Source: a virus (Duplodnaviria; Caudoviricetes). Taken from it: a stretch of 34,713 nt of DNA. The stretch's first letter is position 1, and the number at the start of each line of letters is the position of its first letter. The notes beneath the pieces were generated by a model. That model saw only the letters and a program-made list of their open reading frames with translations, made no database searches and was not told the origin of the DNA. Of the stretch, positions 25,399 through 34,400 are shown piece after piece. The stretch lies in the IMG/VR virus record IMGVR_UViG_3300017766_000331, positions 1 to 34,713 of that record, one strand, 5' to 3'. The position numbers and the translations under genes are program-made.

Positions 25399-28300
25399 TT
25401 ACCTTGTCTTTATAAGTTCAACAAATAGTTCACCCCAACTACTACTCTCATTAGCGTCAGCCGTAATATTAGCAACATCTTTCTGAACAGATGCAATTGC
25501 TAGATTGACAATGCGGGTTTTATCATTTTCACCAGCATTGAATGATTGTGATAACAAGTCTCTGTAAGTCTGACTCTGTTGGGCATAAGTAGAAGCAGAC
25601 AAGTCTGTAGCATTCTTAGCATTGACAGCATTGGCTGCATTAACAGCGGCTGTGTTAGCTGTAGAAACTTCAGCCAAGATTTTAGTGTTGGCTATATTAA
25701 TTTCTGCACTAAGACGTGAATTAAACTCAGCACGGTCATTAGCTTCTTGAGTATTGAACTTGATGATTTCATTTGCAGAATTCATGTTAGCCAAAGATAT
25801 TTTATTCTTCTCAGCAGCGGTAAACTGATTTGCTGTCAAAGCCAGTGTAGCATTGATTTTTTCAATTTCATTTTCATTAGTTGCGTTAGTCAATGAAGCA
25901 GCATTTGCAGCAGCAGCATCAGACAAAATAGACTGCGCCGTCTGTTGACTCTTCAACACAGCCATCTGTTGTTTGTTGTCCAAGTTTTTCATGTCTGTTG
26001 CCAAGAAAGCCTGAGCATTCTGTACAGCAGTTTGTTGACGAGCATTCAAGTTTGCCATGTCCATCGAAGCAAATGTAGCAGCGTTAGCCAACACTGTAGC
26101 TTGCTCGTTGTTGAGATCTGCCAAGTTGATCTGCTGAATAAACTGTGCGTTAGCAAGAGCGTTCTGTTGATCTGCTGTGAAGTTGACGTTAGCCACTTCA
26201 GCAACACGAGCAGCGTTGGTGATGTTCACTTGCTGTTTGTTGCTAAGCTCTTGACCTTTCAGTGCAGCCTCAATCTGTGCATTTGCCAAAGCAGTTTGTT
26301 GCTTGTTAGACAAGTTGGTTGTCTCAAGTTGCAACGCTGTTGTGGTGTTGAACAAGTTTGTTTGTTGTTCAGCATTGAACTTCAAACCACGTTCTTGCAA
26401 AGCAGACGATACATTGAACAAAGCAGTTTGTTGCTGGTTAGACAACACCTGTCCTTTGAGGGCAGCATCAGCATTGAACGTTGCAATGAACGCTTGTTGC
26501 TGTGCAGATGCATCAATCTGTGTAGCTTCAAAGTTCTGTGTACTTTGCAACACTGCCATCTGTTGTTCATTGGTGAGTTCTTGACCTTGCAACGAAGCTC
26601 TAACTTGTAAGTTAGCCAATGCTGTCTGTTGACGGTTAGACAAGTTGGCAACATCAATCTGCATCTTGTTTGAACTATTAACAAGCAATGCCTGCTGTTC
26701 ATTGGACAGATTAATCTTACGTTCTTCCAAGATGGATGACACATTAAACAATTGAGTCTGCTGTTGGTTAGACAACACTTGACCTTTGAGGGCAGCATTA
26801 GCCTGAGCATCTTGCATGAACGCTTGTTGCTTCGTAGTTACAGAAAGTCTCATTGCTTCAAAAGCTTGAGTGCTTTCAAGCATCGCAACTTGTTGATCAT
26901 TGGAAAGTTCTTGTCCAACAAGAGCAGCCCTAACTTGTAAATTGGACAAGGCAGTTTGTTGAGATGTACTCAGCTTTGTCAAATCAATTTGAATGTTCTC
27001 AGCAGAGCGCTGCAATGAAGCTTGCTGTGAGTTGTTAAGGTTGATGTTGTTCACTTCAGCATAACGAGCAGCATTGGTCAGAGCAACCTGAGTTTTAACA
27101 TCCAAGTTCTTTTCAGCAACAGCAGCTTTGATTTGAGCATTAGCCAATACAACAGCTTGTTGGTTGCTCAAGCTCTGTGTTTGCAAAGCAAAAGCATTGC
27201 TGCTGTTTTGTAAAGCAACCTGCTGGCGGTTGTTCAAGTTGGTCAAGTCCATGTTCTGCATAGCAGCAGCATTAACCAATGACACCTGCTGGCGGTTGTT
27301 CAAGTTGGTCATTTCCATCTGAGCAAACGTTTGAGCATCAGCAGTAGCAATAGGTGTTGCACTTTCCATAGCAGCTTGAATAATAGCAGCACCAGCCATA
27401 GAACTTGAACCGACACCACGAGCAGCCATAGCAGCATTAACTGCACGTATGGCACCAGCAGCCCAAGCAGGGGTGCCGTTATTAAACTGTGCCATCAACG
27501 TAGCCATCTGACCAGCAACAGTGGATGCTGCACTCACTGAACCAGTTTGTGCTGTTGCCAATGATTGACTAAAACTACCCTGCTGTGCAGTGGCAACAGC
27601 AGCAGCATTCAATGATGTCATTGTTGCAGCAACAGCCTGTACAGGTTCATTAAGCTCCAAGTTCTGCTTAGATACATCAAGCAGTTCTTGTTGTGTCACT
27701 GTGCGTTGTGCTGCAATAGCTGTAGACTGTGCAGCAGTGGTGGCGGCAATGGCTTCAGGAATGACACCAGCGTTAGCTGCTTCTTGTACAGCAGTTGTGG
27801 TGGCTTGAGCAACTTGTGTGTTGTCTAACTCAAATTGAGTGGCAGCAGCAGCCTGTGGTGTGGCGCTTGTAAGCGTAGCAGCTTTAACTTGGGTAGCAGG
27901 AGTAGCTTGTGCTGTCACCGCTTGTTCAGCCGGACCAGCCTGTGCAGCCTGCTCAACAATGTTTCTTTCCATTTCAGCAGCATTGGCAGCACCGAGTGTG
28001 TAGCCTGTAGCAGCCAGTGCTTCAGGAGTGATACCAAGCTGTGCAGCTTTTGCTTCAAACTGAGCATTTGTTGTTTCAGCTTCAGCCACAGTGGGGCCAC
28101 CAACATCAGCGGCAGTGGCTGCTGTAGCCATTTGTGCAGATGTTGCTTGTAAATCTGGAGGTGCTGTCACTTCGGCAGCTTCTGGTGCTGCGGCTGCTGT
28201 AGCGGTTGCACCTTGAGAAACTGTACCCTGTGCAGCTTCAGCAGTGGCACCCTCAGAGACAGTGCCTGTTGCTGCTTGTTGTCCAGTCTGTGCTGCTGTC

Positions 28301-29478
28301 AAAGTAGGCTGTGTAGCCTGTGTAGTGGCATCAGCAGACTCAATGGGGGCAGGCGCACTAACACCCGCAGCATTTGTAATTTGAGCAGCCGTTGCAGACT
28401 GTGCAGCACCTGTTACTGGCGCACTAACTGGTGTAACTGTAGTTTGAGCAGCAGTGTATCTTGAAGCAATCGGTGTAGCGGGAGCACCCGCAATGGCTGG
28501 TGCTGTAAATGTACCACCACCAGATACAGTGCCACCAGTTGTAGTAGCAGTGGGTGTTGTAGTTGTACCACCAGTTGTGTTACCAACAACAGGTTGTGTA
28601 GTTGTAAATGTCGAAGGTTGTTCAGTTGTTACAGTCGATGCGGGTGCTGCGGGTGCTGCGGGTGCTGGTGGAGGTCCGACTAATGGTGGTGGTTCAGGTG
28701 ATAGGGTTGTTGTGCCACCTGTAGTAGTGCCACCAGTTGTGCCACCTGTAGTAGTGCCACCAGTTGTGCCACCTGTAGTAGTGCTACCAGTTGTACCACC
28801 TGTAGTAGTGCCACCAGTTGTGCCACCTGTAGTAGTGCCACCAGTTGTACCACCTGTAGTAGTGCCACCAGTTGTGCTTATAACACCACCTATAACATTG
28901 CTAGTTGTAGAAGGTGTAGTGTTTGCTGCAAATCGTTGCTGTACTACAGAAAGAGGAATACCTAGTTTTGCTGCCGCCTGCTCGTTAGATATATTATAAT
29001 ATTTCAGGTTTGCTGCAAGGTTAGCATCACCCCTAGTATCATCTTTAACTAAAGTAGGAAGCTGATCCAAAAAAGCAACGGCATAACTATTGGGTAATGC
29101 AGGATTAAATCGTCGCTTCGCTTCATCAATAGGCATACCTAGTGCATAAGATAGTTGATTTTCAGATATACCCAACTGCCTTGCATTTAGTCTAACAAGA
29201 TCATCATCATAGGCTCCAGATTCATACTTTGATCTAAGAGAATCTAAAAAACGACTAGCAGCAGTTGATGTAACAACACCACCTTCAGCATATCCACGCT
29301 TCTCAGGAACAACACCACCCTTCGCCATGCGTGTAGCAAACTTGTCACTAATCGCAGCATACTTCATACCCAATGCAGGTGAAGAATTAATGAAGTCATC
29401 AAAGCCCTGCATAGGACCGTCATATCCTAGTTTACGAGCTACGATTTCTTTTTGTTTCTGTGTGAAATTTTCAGCCAT
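25399..29478 (-). CDS. Putative internal virion / DNA-ejection protein (1359 aa) with Q/N/A-rich periodic coiled coil
   Basis: Low-complexity Thr/Gly/Ala linker followed by 22-aa NLxNxQQ repeats; lies in the late block. Confidence 0.75.
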   Translation of the reverse strand: MAENFTQKQKEIVARKLGYDGPMQGFDDFINSSPALGMKYAAISDKFATRMAKGGVVPEKRGYAEGGVVTSTAASRFLDSLRSKYESGAYDDDLVRLNARQLGISENQLSYALGMPIDEAKRRFNPALPNSYAVAFLDQLPTLVKDDTRGDANLAANLKYYNISNEQAAAKLGIPLSVVQQRFAANTTPSTTSNVIGGVISTTGGTTTGGTTGGTTTGGTTGGTTTGGTTGSTTTGGTTGGTTTGGTTGGTTTGGTTTLSPEPPPLVGPPPAPAAPAAPASTVTTEQPSTFTTTQPVVGNTTGGTTTTPTATTTGGTVSGGGTFTAPAIAGAPATPIASRYTAAQTTVTPVSAPVTGAAQSATAAQITNAAGVSAPAPIESADATTQATQPTLTAAQTGQQAATGTVSEGATAEAAQGTVSQGATATAAAAPEAAEVTAPPDLQATSAQMATAATAADVGGPTVAEAETTNAQFEAKAAQLGITPEALAATGYTLGAANAAEMERNIVEQAAQAGPAEQAVTAQATPATQVKAATLTSATPQAAAATQFELDNTQVAQATTTAVQEAANAGVIPEAIAATTAAQSTAIAAQRTVTQQELLDVSKQNLELNEPVQAVAATMTSLNAAAVATAQQGSFSQSLATAQTGSVSAASTVAGQMATLMAQFNNGTPAWAAGAIRAVNAAMAARGVGSSSMAGAAIIQAAMESATPIATADAQTFAQMEMTNLNNRQQVSLVNAAAMQNMDLTNLNNRQQVALQNSSNAFALQTQSLSNQQAVVLANAQIKAAVAEKNLDVKTQVALTNAARYAEVNNINLNNSQQASLQRSAENIQIDLTKLSTSQQTALSNLQVRAALVGQELSNDQQVAMLESTQAFEAMRLSVTTKQQAFMQDAQANAALKGQVLSNQQQTQLFNVSSILEERKINLSNEQQALLVNSSNKMQIDVANLSNRQQTALANLQVRASLQGQELTNEQQMAVLQSTQNFEATQIDASAQQQAFIATFNADAALKGQVLSNQQQTALFNVSSALQERGLKFNAEQQTNLFNTTTALQLETTNLSNKQQTALANAQIEAALKGQELSNKQQVNITNAARVAEVANVNFTADQQNALANAQFIQQINLADLNNEQATVLANAATFASMDMANLNARQQTAVQNAQAFLATDMKNLDNKQQMAVLKSQQTAQSILSDAAAANAASLTNATNENEIEKINATLALTANQFTAAEKNKISLANMNSANEIIKFNTQEANDRAEFNSRLSAEINIANTKILAEVSTANTAAVNAANAVNAKNATDLSASTYAQQSQTYRDLLSQSFNAGENDKTRIVNLAIASVQKDVANITADANESSSWGELFVELIKTR
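26411..26970. repeat. Degenerate internal duplication with 330-bp (110-aa) period
   Basis: tggttagacaacac..g.cctttgagggcagcat at about 26435 and 26765; ctaacttgtaa at 26600 and 26930. Confidence 0.8.
27218..27311. repeat. Exact 28-bp direct repeat, 66-bp (22-aa) period
   Basis: acctgctggcggttgttcaagttggtca at 27218-27245 and 27284-27311. Confidence 0.9.
28639..28665. repeat. 3 x 9-bp tandem repeat (APA)
   Basis: tgcgggtgc x3. Confidence 0.85.
28709..28877. repeat. 6 x 27-bp tandem repeat encoding GGTTTGGTT on the - strand
   Basis: Unit gttgtgccacctgtagtagtgccacca, with at most one substitution per copy and no spacers. Confidence 0.95.
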
Positions 29479-29490
29479 GTCTTACCTTTA

Positions 29491-29961
29491 TTAAGCTACC
29501 AAACCTTGAAGATATACAGTTTTACCACTTTGTCGAACTGCTGTCATCACTTGTTTTTTTAAATTATTACTATCGTATGATACATGTACCCATCCACTGT
29601 CTGGTACACCTTGTGTGTAAAACTCTAAAATCAACTGAGTGAAGTTGAAGTTGTCTGCAATGTATTGTGCAAGATCTGCATTAGCAACACCGGGAATCTC
29701 AATGTCAGCAGCCTGCCCTTTGCAATGATCGCTAGTGCGACTACCACCAACAGCAGCATTTACATCAGGGCTACGATAGCCACTGTTAACTTTAATACCA
29801 ACACCATATACATCACGCAATGGTTGCAACACTTGCTCACACAACATGGTTAGGTTCTGTACAACTTCATCGCTATGTGGTGTGTTGTCCATGTCTCTAC
29901 GGATGGCAGTCTCACTCTTAATCATCTCATGTAGAGAGAAGTTATTAGTTAGCATTGTCAT
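29491..29961 (-). CDS. Endolysin, peptidase M15A family
   Basis: NSGYRSP..N..VGG...SDH..G.AAD...WVHVSY Zn-peptidase motifs; adjacent to the spanins. Confidence 0.92.
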   Translation of the reverse strand: MTMLTNNFSLHEMIKSETAIRRDMDNTPHSDEVVQNLTMLCEQVLQPLRDVYGVGIKVNSGYRSPDVNAAVGGSRTSDHCKGQAADIEIPGVANADLAQYIADNFNFTQLILEFYTQGVPDSGWVHVSYDSNNLKKQVMTAVRQSGKTVYLQGLVA

Positions 29962-30410
29962 TTTGTTTCCTTATTAGTAGGCCAAGCATCGGTCAAGGCT
30001 TTTGAATCAACGGCGTGGCCGTCAGCTTTTCTTGCCATGTCTTCAAGAGCAACTGTACATTCTCCGAATACGGACGTGACGGTTGCTGCGTATTGCTTAA
30101 CGGAGGTGCAGGTAGCTGTAGGGATGGCGGCGGTGGCACGGTCTGCTTCGATGCGCACCCGGTGAAGCTCAATACGAGCAGCATCGGCAGCAAGAGCATT
30201 CTTACGAGTTTGTTCTTGAGCAGCTTTAAGGGCATCATCTTTCTTTCCTTGTAAACGTTTAGCTTCTTGAGCGACCTCAGCAGTGGCTGCAACCACAGCA
30301 GCAGCATTGGCGCTTTCAATCTCAGCAATCTTTGCATCCATACGCCAGCCTTGAATGGTGAAACCACCAATGAAGGTGGCAACAGCTATGGCAATAGTTA
30401 TCCAGTTCAT
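29958..30410 (-). CDS. Rz-like inner-membrane spanin
   Basis: N-terminal TM helix ending QGWR, Ala-rich coiled coil, two Cys, and an embedded lipoprotein gene. Confidence 0.8.
   Translation of the reverse strand: MNWITIAIAVATFIGGFTIQGWRMDAKIAEIESANAAAVVAATAEVAQEAKRLQGKKDDALKAAQEQTRKNALAADAARIELHRVRIEADRATAAIPTATCTSVKQYAATVTSVFGECTVALEDMARKADGHAVDSKALTDAWPTNKETK
29993..30238 (-). CDS. Rz1-like outer-membrane lipoprotein spanin, embedded in the Rz-like gene
   Basis: AAGGA RBS; signal peptide MMPLKLLKNKLVRMLLLPMLLVLSFTG-C with a lipobox; Pro-rich mature part. Confidence 0.8.
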   Translation of the reverse strand: MMPLKLLKNKLVRMLLLPMLLVLSFTGCASKQTVPPPPSLQLPAPPLSNTQQPSRPYSENVQLLLKTWQEKLTATPLIQKP

Positions 30411-30817
30411 AACGTATGGTCCTGTCGGTACGGGCTAGGCATCGGTGGCCGAGGCATAGGAGGTGGTGGCATCTGCATAGGTGGTCTAGGCATATCCGAC
30501 ATCTTACCACGAACGTATGCTGTTGCTGCCATAAACGCAACAACAACAGTACCCATAGAAGCAGAGAAGGTTGTAGCCAATCCAACAATCAAAGGAATCT
30601 TAGACGATTCAACAAAGCCAGAAGACAGCAACACAATCAACATAAAGGGCAAGAACAATGCAGCCCATGCCATGATGCGTTGCTGGTCTGCCAGCTTGTC
30701 CATGTTCTCAATCTGCAATATCTTTTCACTGCGTTCTATTTCAACGTCAGTGACAATACCGTCATGATCCATGTCAAACTGGTTGTATGCCGATGCTTCT
30801 TCAAGTCTCTTACTCAT
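30407..30817 (-). CDS. Holin-like two-TM membrane protein with N-terminal EF-hand loop and Pro-rich tail
   Basis: DMDHDGIVTDVE; two hydrophobic helices; directly upstream of the spanins and endolysin. Confidence 0.65.
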   Translation of the reverse strand: MSKRLEEASAYNQFDMDHDGIVTDVEIERSEKILQIENMDKLADQQRIMAWAALFLPFMLIVLLSSGFVESSKIPLIVGLATTFSASMGTVVVAFMAATAYVRGKMSDMPRPPMQMPPPPMPRPPMPSPYRQDHTL

Positions 30818-31266
30818 GCTCTATTCCTAAACAGTTCAAACACAAGAGCACCAAAATAGACGAAGCAAGCTAAGACAACAGCTAAGCAGGTAAGCCAAAA
30901 TGCTTCAGCAATTTTCTTAGCACGACGAACCTTAGCAAGAGCAGCTTCACGCTTTTCTTCTTCTCTACGCTTTGCAGCCTTCACTTGAAAGAGTCGCCAA
31001 TCATCAATCAGTCCTGCTCTACCATGATAGGTCATCAATCTTTCAAGCTCTGCCTTCTGTGTTTTAATTTGTTCTAATGCAGCAAACTCTTCCAAGTCTG
31101 TGTTGACTGAAGAGCCTGACTTGTTAGTCAGTCTTTTCTGTAAAGCAGCTTCGTTATCAAAGAATGAGAACAACGCCTGACCCGCAGACATAATGTCACC
31201 AGAATGCTGCACTGCTTCTTTGATGACAGCAAAGGCTGCATTGGCGGCAGCGAGTTCTACCAACAT
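30814..31266 (-). CDS. Hypothetical protein with C-terminal TM helix
   Basis: 150-aa coiled coil plus FWLTCLAVVLACFVYFGALVF; coupled to both neighbours. Confidence 0.75.
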   Translation of the reverse strand: MLVELAAANAAFAVIKEAVQHSGDIMSAGQALFSFFDNEAALQKRLTNKSGSSVNTDLEEFAALEQIKTQKAELERLMTYHGRAGLIDDWRLFQVKAAKRREEEKREAALAKVRRAKKIAEAFWLTCLAVVLACFVYFGALVFELFRNRA

Positions 31267-31469
31267 TAACGAAACAGACGTTCACCAACAAAGGTGAGAA
31301 CGCCGCCAAACAATGAAGCTATGGTCATACCCATCCAAAAACCACCCTTGCTTTGATTAGCCAAAGCTAGTAGTTTCTTTATGTCGGCATCCATACTGTC
31401 TACCTTTTTACTGAGGGTATCTACAGTGCTGATAAGTTTTCCATACTCAACAGGATCAATATGTTCCAT
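31266..31469 (-). CDS. Small coiled-coil plus TM protein (holin-like/lysis accessory candidate), 67 aa
   Basis: MEHIDPVEYGKL...KGGFWMGMTIASLFGGVLTFV; the ATG at 31469 follows the tail fibre stop. Confidence 0.7.
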   Translation of the reverse strand: MEHIDPVEYGKLISTVDTLSKKVDSMDADIKKLLALANQSKGGFWMGMTIASLFGGVLTFVGERLFR

Positions 31470-31480
31470 AAATAAGCTCT

Positions 31481-34400
31481 TTAGAAAAAAGGAAAGAAGC
31501 CGCTGGTGACACCACCAGTTGAGCCAAAGTTCCAGCCGGTGTTGTTGCCGCCGTCCACGTTGCCTTGGGATGTTGGAGCGAACCAATATCCAGCAGGGGT
31601 GGCAGCAGAGTCTGTGATTGAGCAGTAGCTGACCAGCACTTTGCCGCCAGTTCTCTTGGCAAGCGTGAATTGCGATCCCGGTGTTTTTGATTTGAGTGTG
31701 ACAAGATTGCCAGCAGTGCCCGACACATTGAATTTATCCACAGTGCAAGTAAAACCGTCAACAAAAGATATTGTTGTGGGTTGCGCCGTATTCTGCAATT
31801 CATTTAAGGTGATTGAATAATTTATCACCAACTCATTTGTACCGGCCTGAGTGACTTTGTAATATGTGTTGTTTACGTTGGAGCCGGGGTTCAGACTAGC
31901 TTGAGCCGCAGTGCTGTTAAATACAATGTTGGATGTGCCACCGTTAACAGTTAATGGCCCTGCGTTGCCCATTTGCCAAGGAATGGCCTGCGTTCCAATT
32001 AATGTAATTGTGCTTGAGCCAAGATTGAACACCACCGTGCCAAGAATCGTAATGTAGTCGTAGTACCAACGGGCGGCTGTAACGGCATAGTTTGCTGTAC
32101 TGAATGTGCCACGATAAAAATACAAAGTTCCGTTTGTTGCACCCATAGTCAGCGCATCACCAAGCTGCCATGACCCACCAAAACCATCAAACGCAAGTGG
32201 TCTGTCAATCGTCACCCCGTTTGTGGTGATGGTCTTTGTTCCAGAGGTGGCGGCAAAGGTAGATAGACCTGTTCCTGCGGATATTGTTAGCCCCGCAGAT
32301 AAAGTCACATTGCCGTAAATAAACGAAGAATTACCTAAGGTAGTAAGCCCAGTAAAGCCAGTAAAAATTAAATTCCTAAAGGAAGAACTAGTTGAAAACG
32401 TAAATGTATCAGTAGCTGCCGAAACATTTATATCCACCACATTAGATTCAGTTGCGCCTGCAGTATTTCCATTGGCAATCGTGCGAATGCCAACGCTTCC
32501 GCTGTAGGTAAAGTTCACCGTAGGCGTTCCGGTGTAGCTAAAGTTGGTCAGGTCTGCACAAGACCACACTGTTGCGTTGTTGCCAGCGACGGCAATGTTT
32601 CCGGCGTTGAAGGCGATGGAACGGGTAGCTGTCCCCGTCCCGCTAAAAGTATTGCAGGCAAGTATCTTGCCGTTTAGGTTGATTGATCCACTTGTAAAGC
32701 TTGCATCGTCTGAAGTTAAATTATCTACAAGAACAACAGTGCCCGTTGCATTAAAAGTGACTCCGCAAGCCCAATTAACTCCAGCACTGGTTACATTTTG
32801 TGTTGTAGCTCTTGATGAAAAGCTAATATTGGTTGTCCCAGTAAATGAAACAGCAGAACTTAAAACTACATCTTTATAAAATCCCGGAGCTAAATACGTT
32901 GCGTCAGTTTGAATTATTAGCGCATTGGTTAGACCTGAGCAATTTAAACCACCAGCCACATAATTTCCAACTACAACCGTACTGCCTGCGGTTAAACCTG
33001 TATTGTCAAATACAGCGGTGTCTTGCCCCAAAGGTTGGTTCAGTGTTGATGTTGCTCCACCACTTGTCAGCGCCCAAGCGTTATCCCCCCAATTACCACC
33101 GGCTACCTTATTCCAGTAAACAGTTTTTCCAGCGCCAAAAGTAATATTTGTGTTATTGCCATAATCCCCTAGTCTAGTACCAGACCAAGGAATTACTGCG
33201 CCAGCAGCAGCAATATCTCGGAAGTCAACATCAACAAAAGATGCCGAAGTAGCAGTCAGTGTAATTTGAGAGCCAACTATTGTGGGATTGGCAAATATCA
33301 ACACCCTGCAATTACCACTTGCACCCGTAACGGTGAATGTACCAAAAGTTTGATTCGTATTAAATCTAACTGGTTTATCAGCAAGCGTAGATGAGTTTGA
33401 CGCAGTAAATTGATTAAATGTGGAACTTCCAACAACATCAAAACGATATCCAGAATCTGGCGCTGTTACGTTGTAATATGTTAAACCGCCTGTCTGAAAT
33501 GTAACGGTATTTGTTGTGCCAGTAAACAGTAAAGAAGAGGTGCCACCGGTAAACGTAAGATTGGTTGGGTCGGTAATATCCCAAGCCGTACCGCTAGTAG
33601 CAAGGGTAACTGTACTTGCGCCAAGGTTTAAGGTGCGAACATTGGTATTGCTAGAGGAGAATGCCCCACCAGAAACAGAAAATCCGTTGGTTTTAAATGT
33701 GCCGTTTGTTAACGTTAAGGTGCGAGTTGCACCAGCAGTTAATGCGTCTAGTAAATCCCACGTTCCACCAACACCGTCAAAAGTAATGCTGGCATCTAAT
33801 GTCACGCCATTGGTTGTAATTGTCTGTGCATCGGTTGCCGCAAATACCCAAATGTTTGAACTGCCAGATACCGTCATGGTGGAAGATAATACCAATGAGC
33901 CGTAAAGCTGAGGAGCTACGTTGACGGATGTACTTCCAGAAAATCCGGTAAAGTCAATTGTTCTATACGCACGGTTCGCTGTACCTAAGTTGATTGAATC
34001 AGCACCAGCGCTTATAAAAAAATCCACCGCATTCGCCGCAGAACCGCCGCCCGTTGATACTAATCCACCAGAGATTGATCTTGTACCACCAGCAATCGCA
34101 GCGCCAGTAATTTCGACGCGCCGCGAACCGGTTAAAGTTAAGTTGGTCGCAGTTGATGTGGTGTAAATGGTAATGGTGCCTATCCCCGTCAGAACTAATT
34201 TGCCAGTCGCCCCAAACGCCAATGTACGAATGTTGGAGTTAGCGGAGGAGAAGTTACCAAACATGGCGGTATAGCCGTTCAAATCCAATGTGCCATTGGT
34301 TAATGTACAGGCGCGGGTTGCACCAGAAGTCAGTGTGGCTTGAAGCTGAAAAGTGCCACCTACACCGTTAAAGGTGAACGGGTTATCAAACGTCACACCA

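Noticed and set aside
28709-28877. 27-bp repeats as a CRISPR array
   Set aside because: The units are head-to-tail with no spacers, in frame within a CDS, and there are no cas genes.
28454-28999. 181-aa + strand ORF (VVPPVVV repeats)
   Set aside because: Antisense shadow of the GGTTT repeat in the 1359-aa gene; it runs against the local transcription direction.
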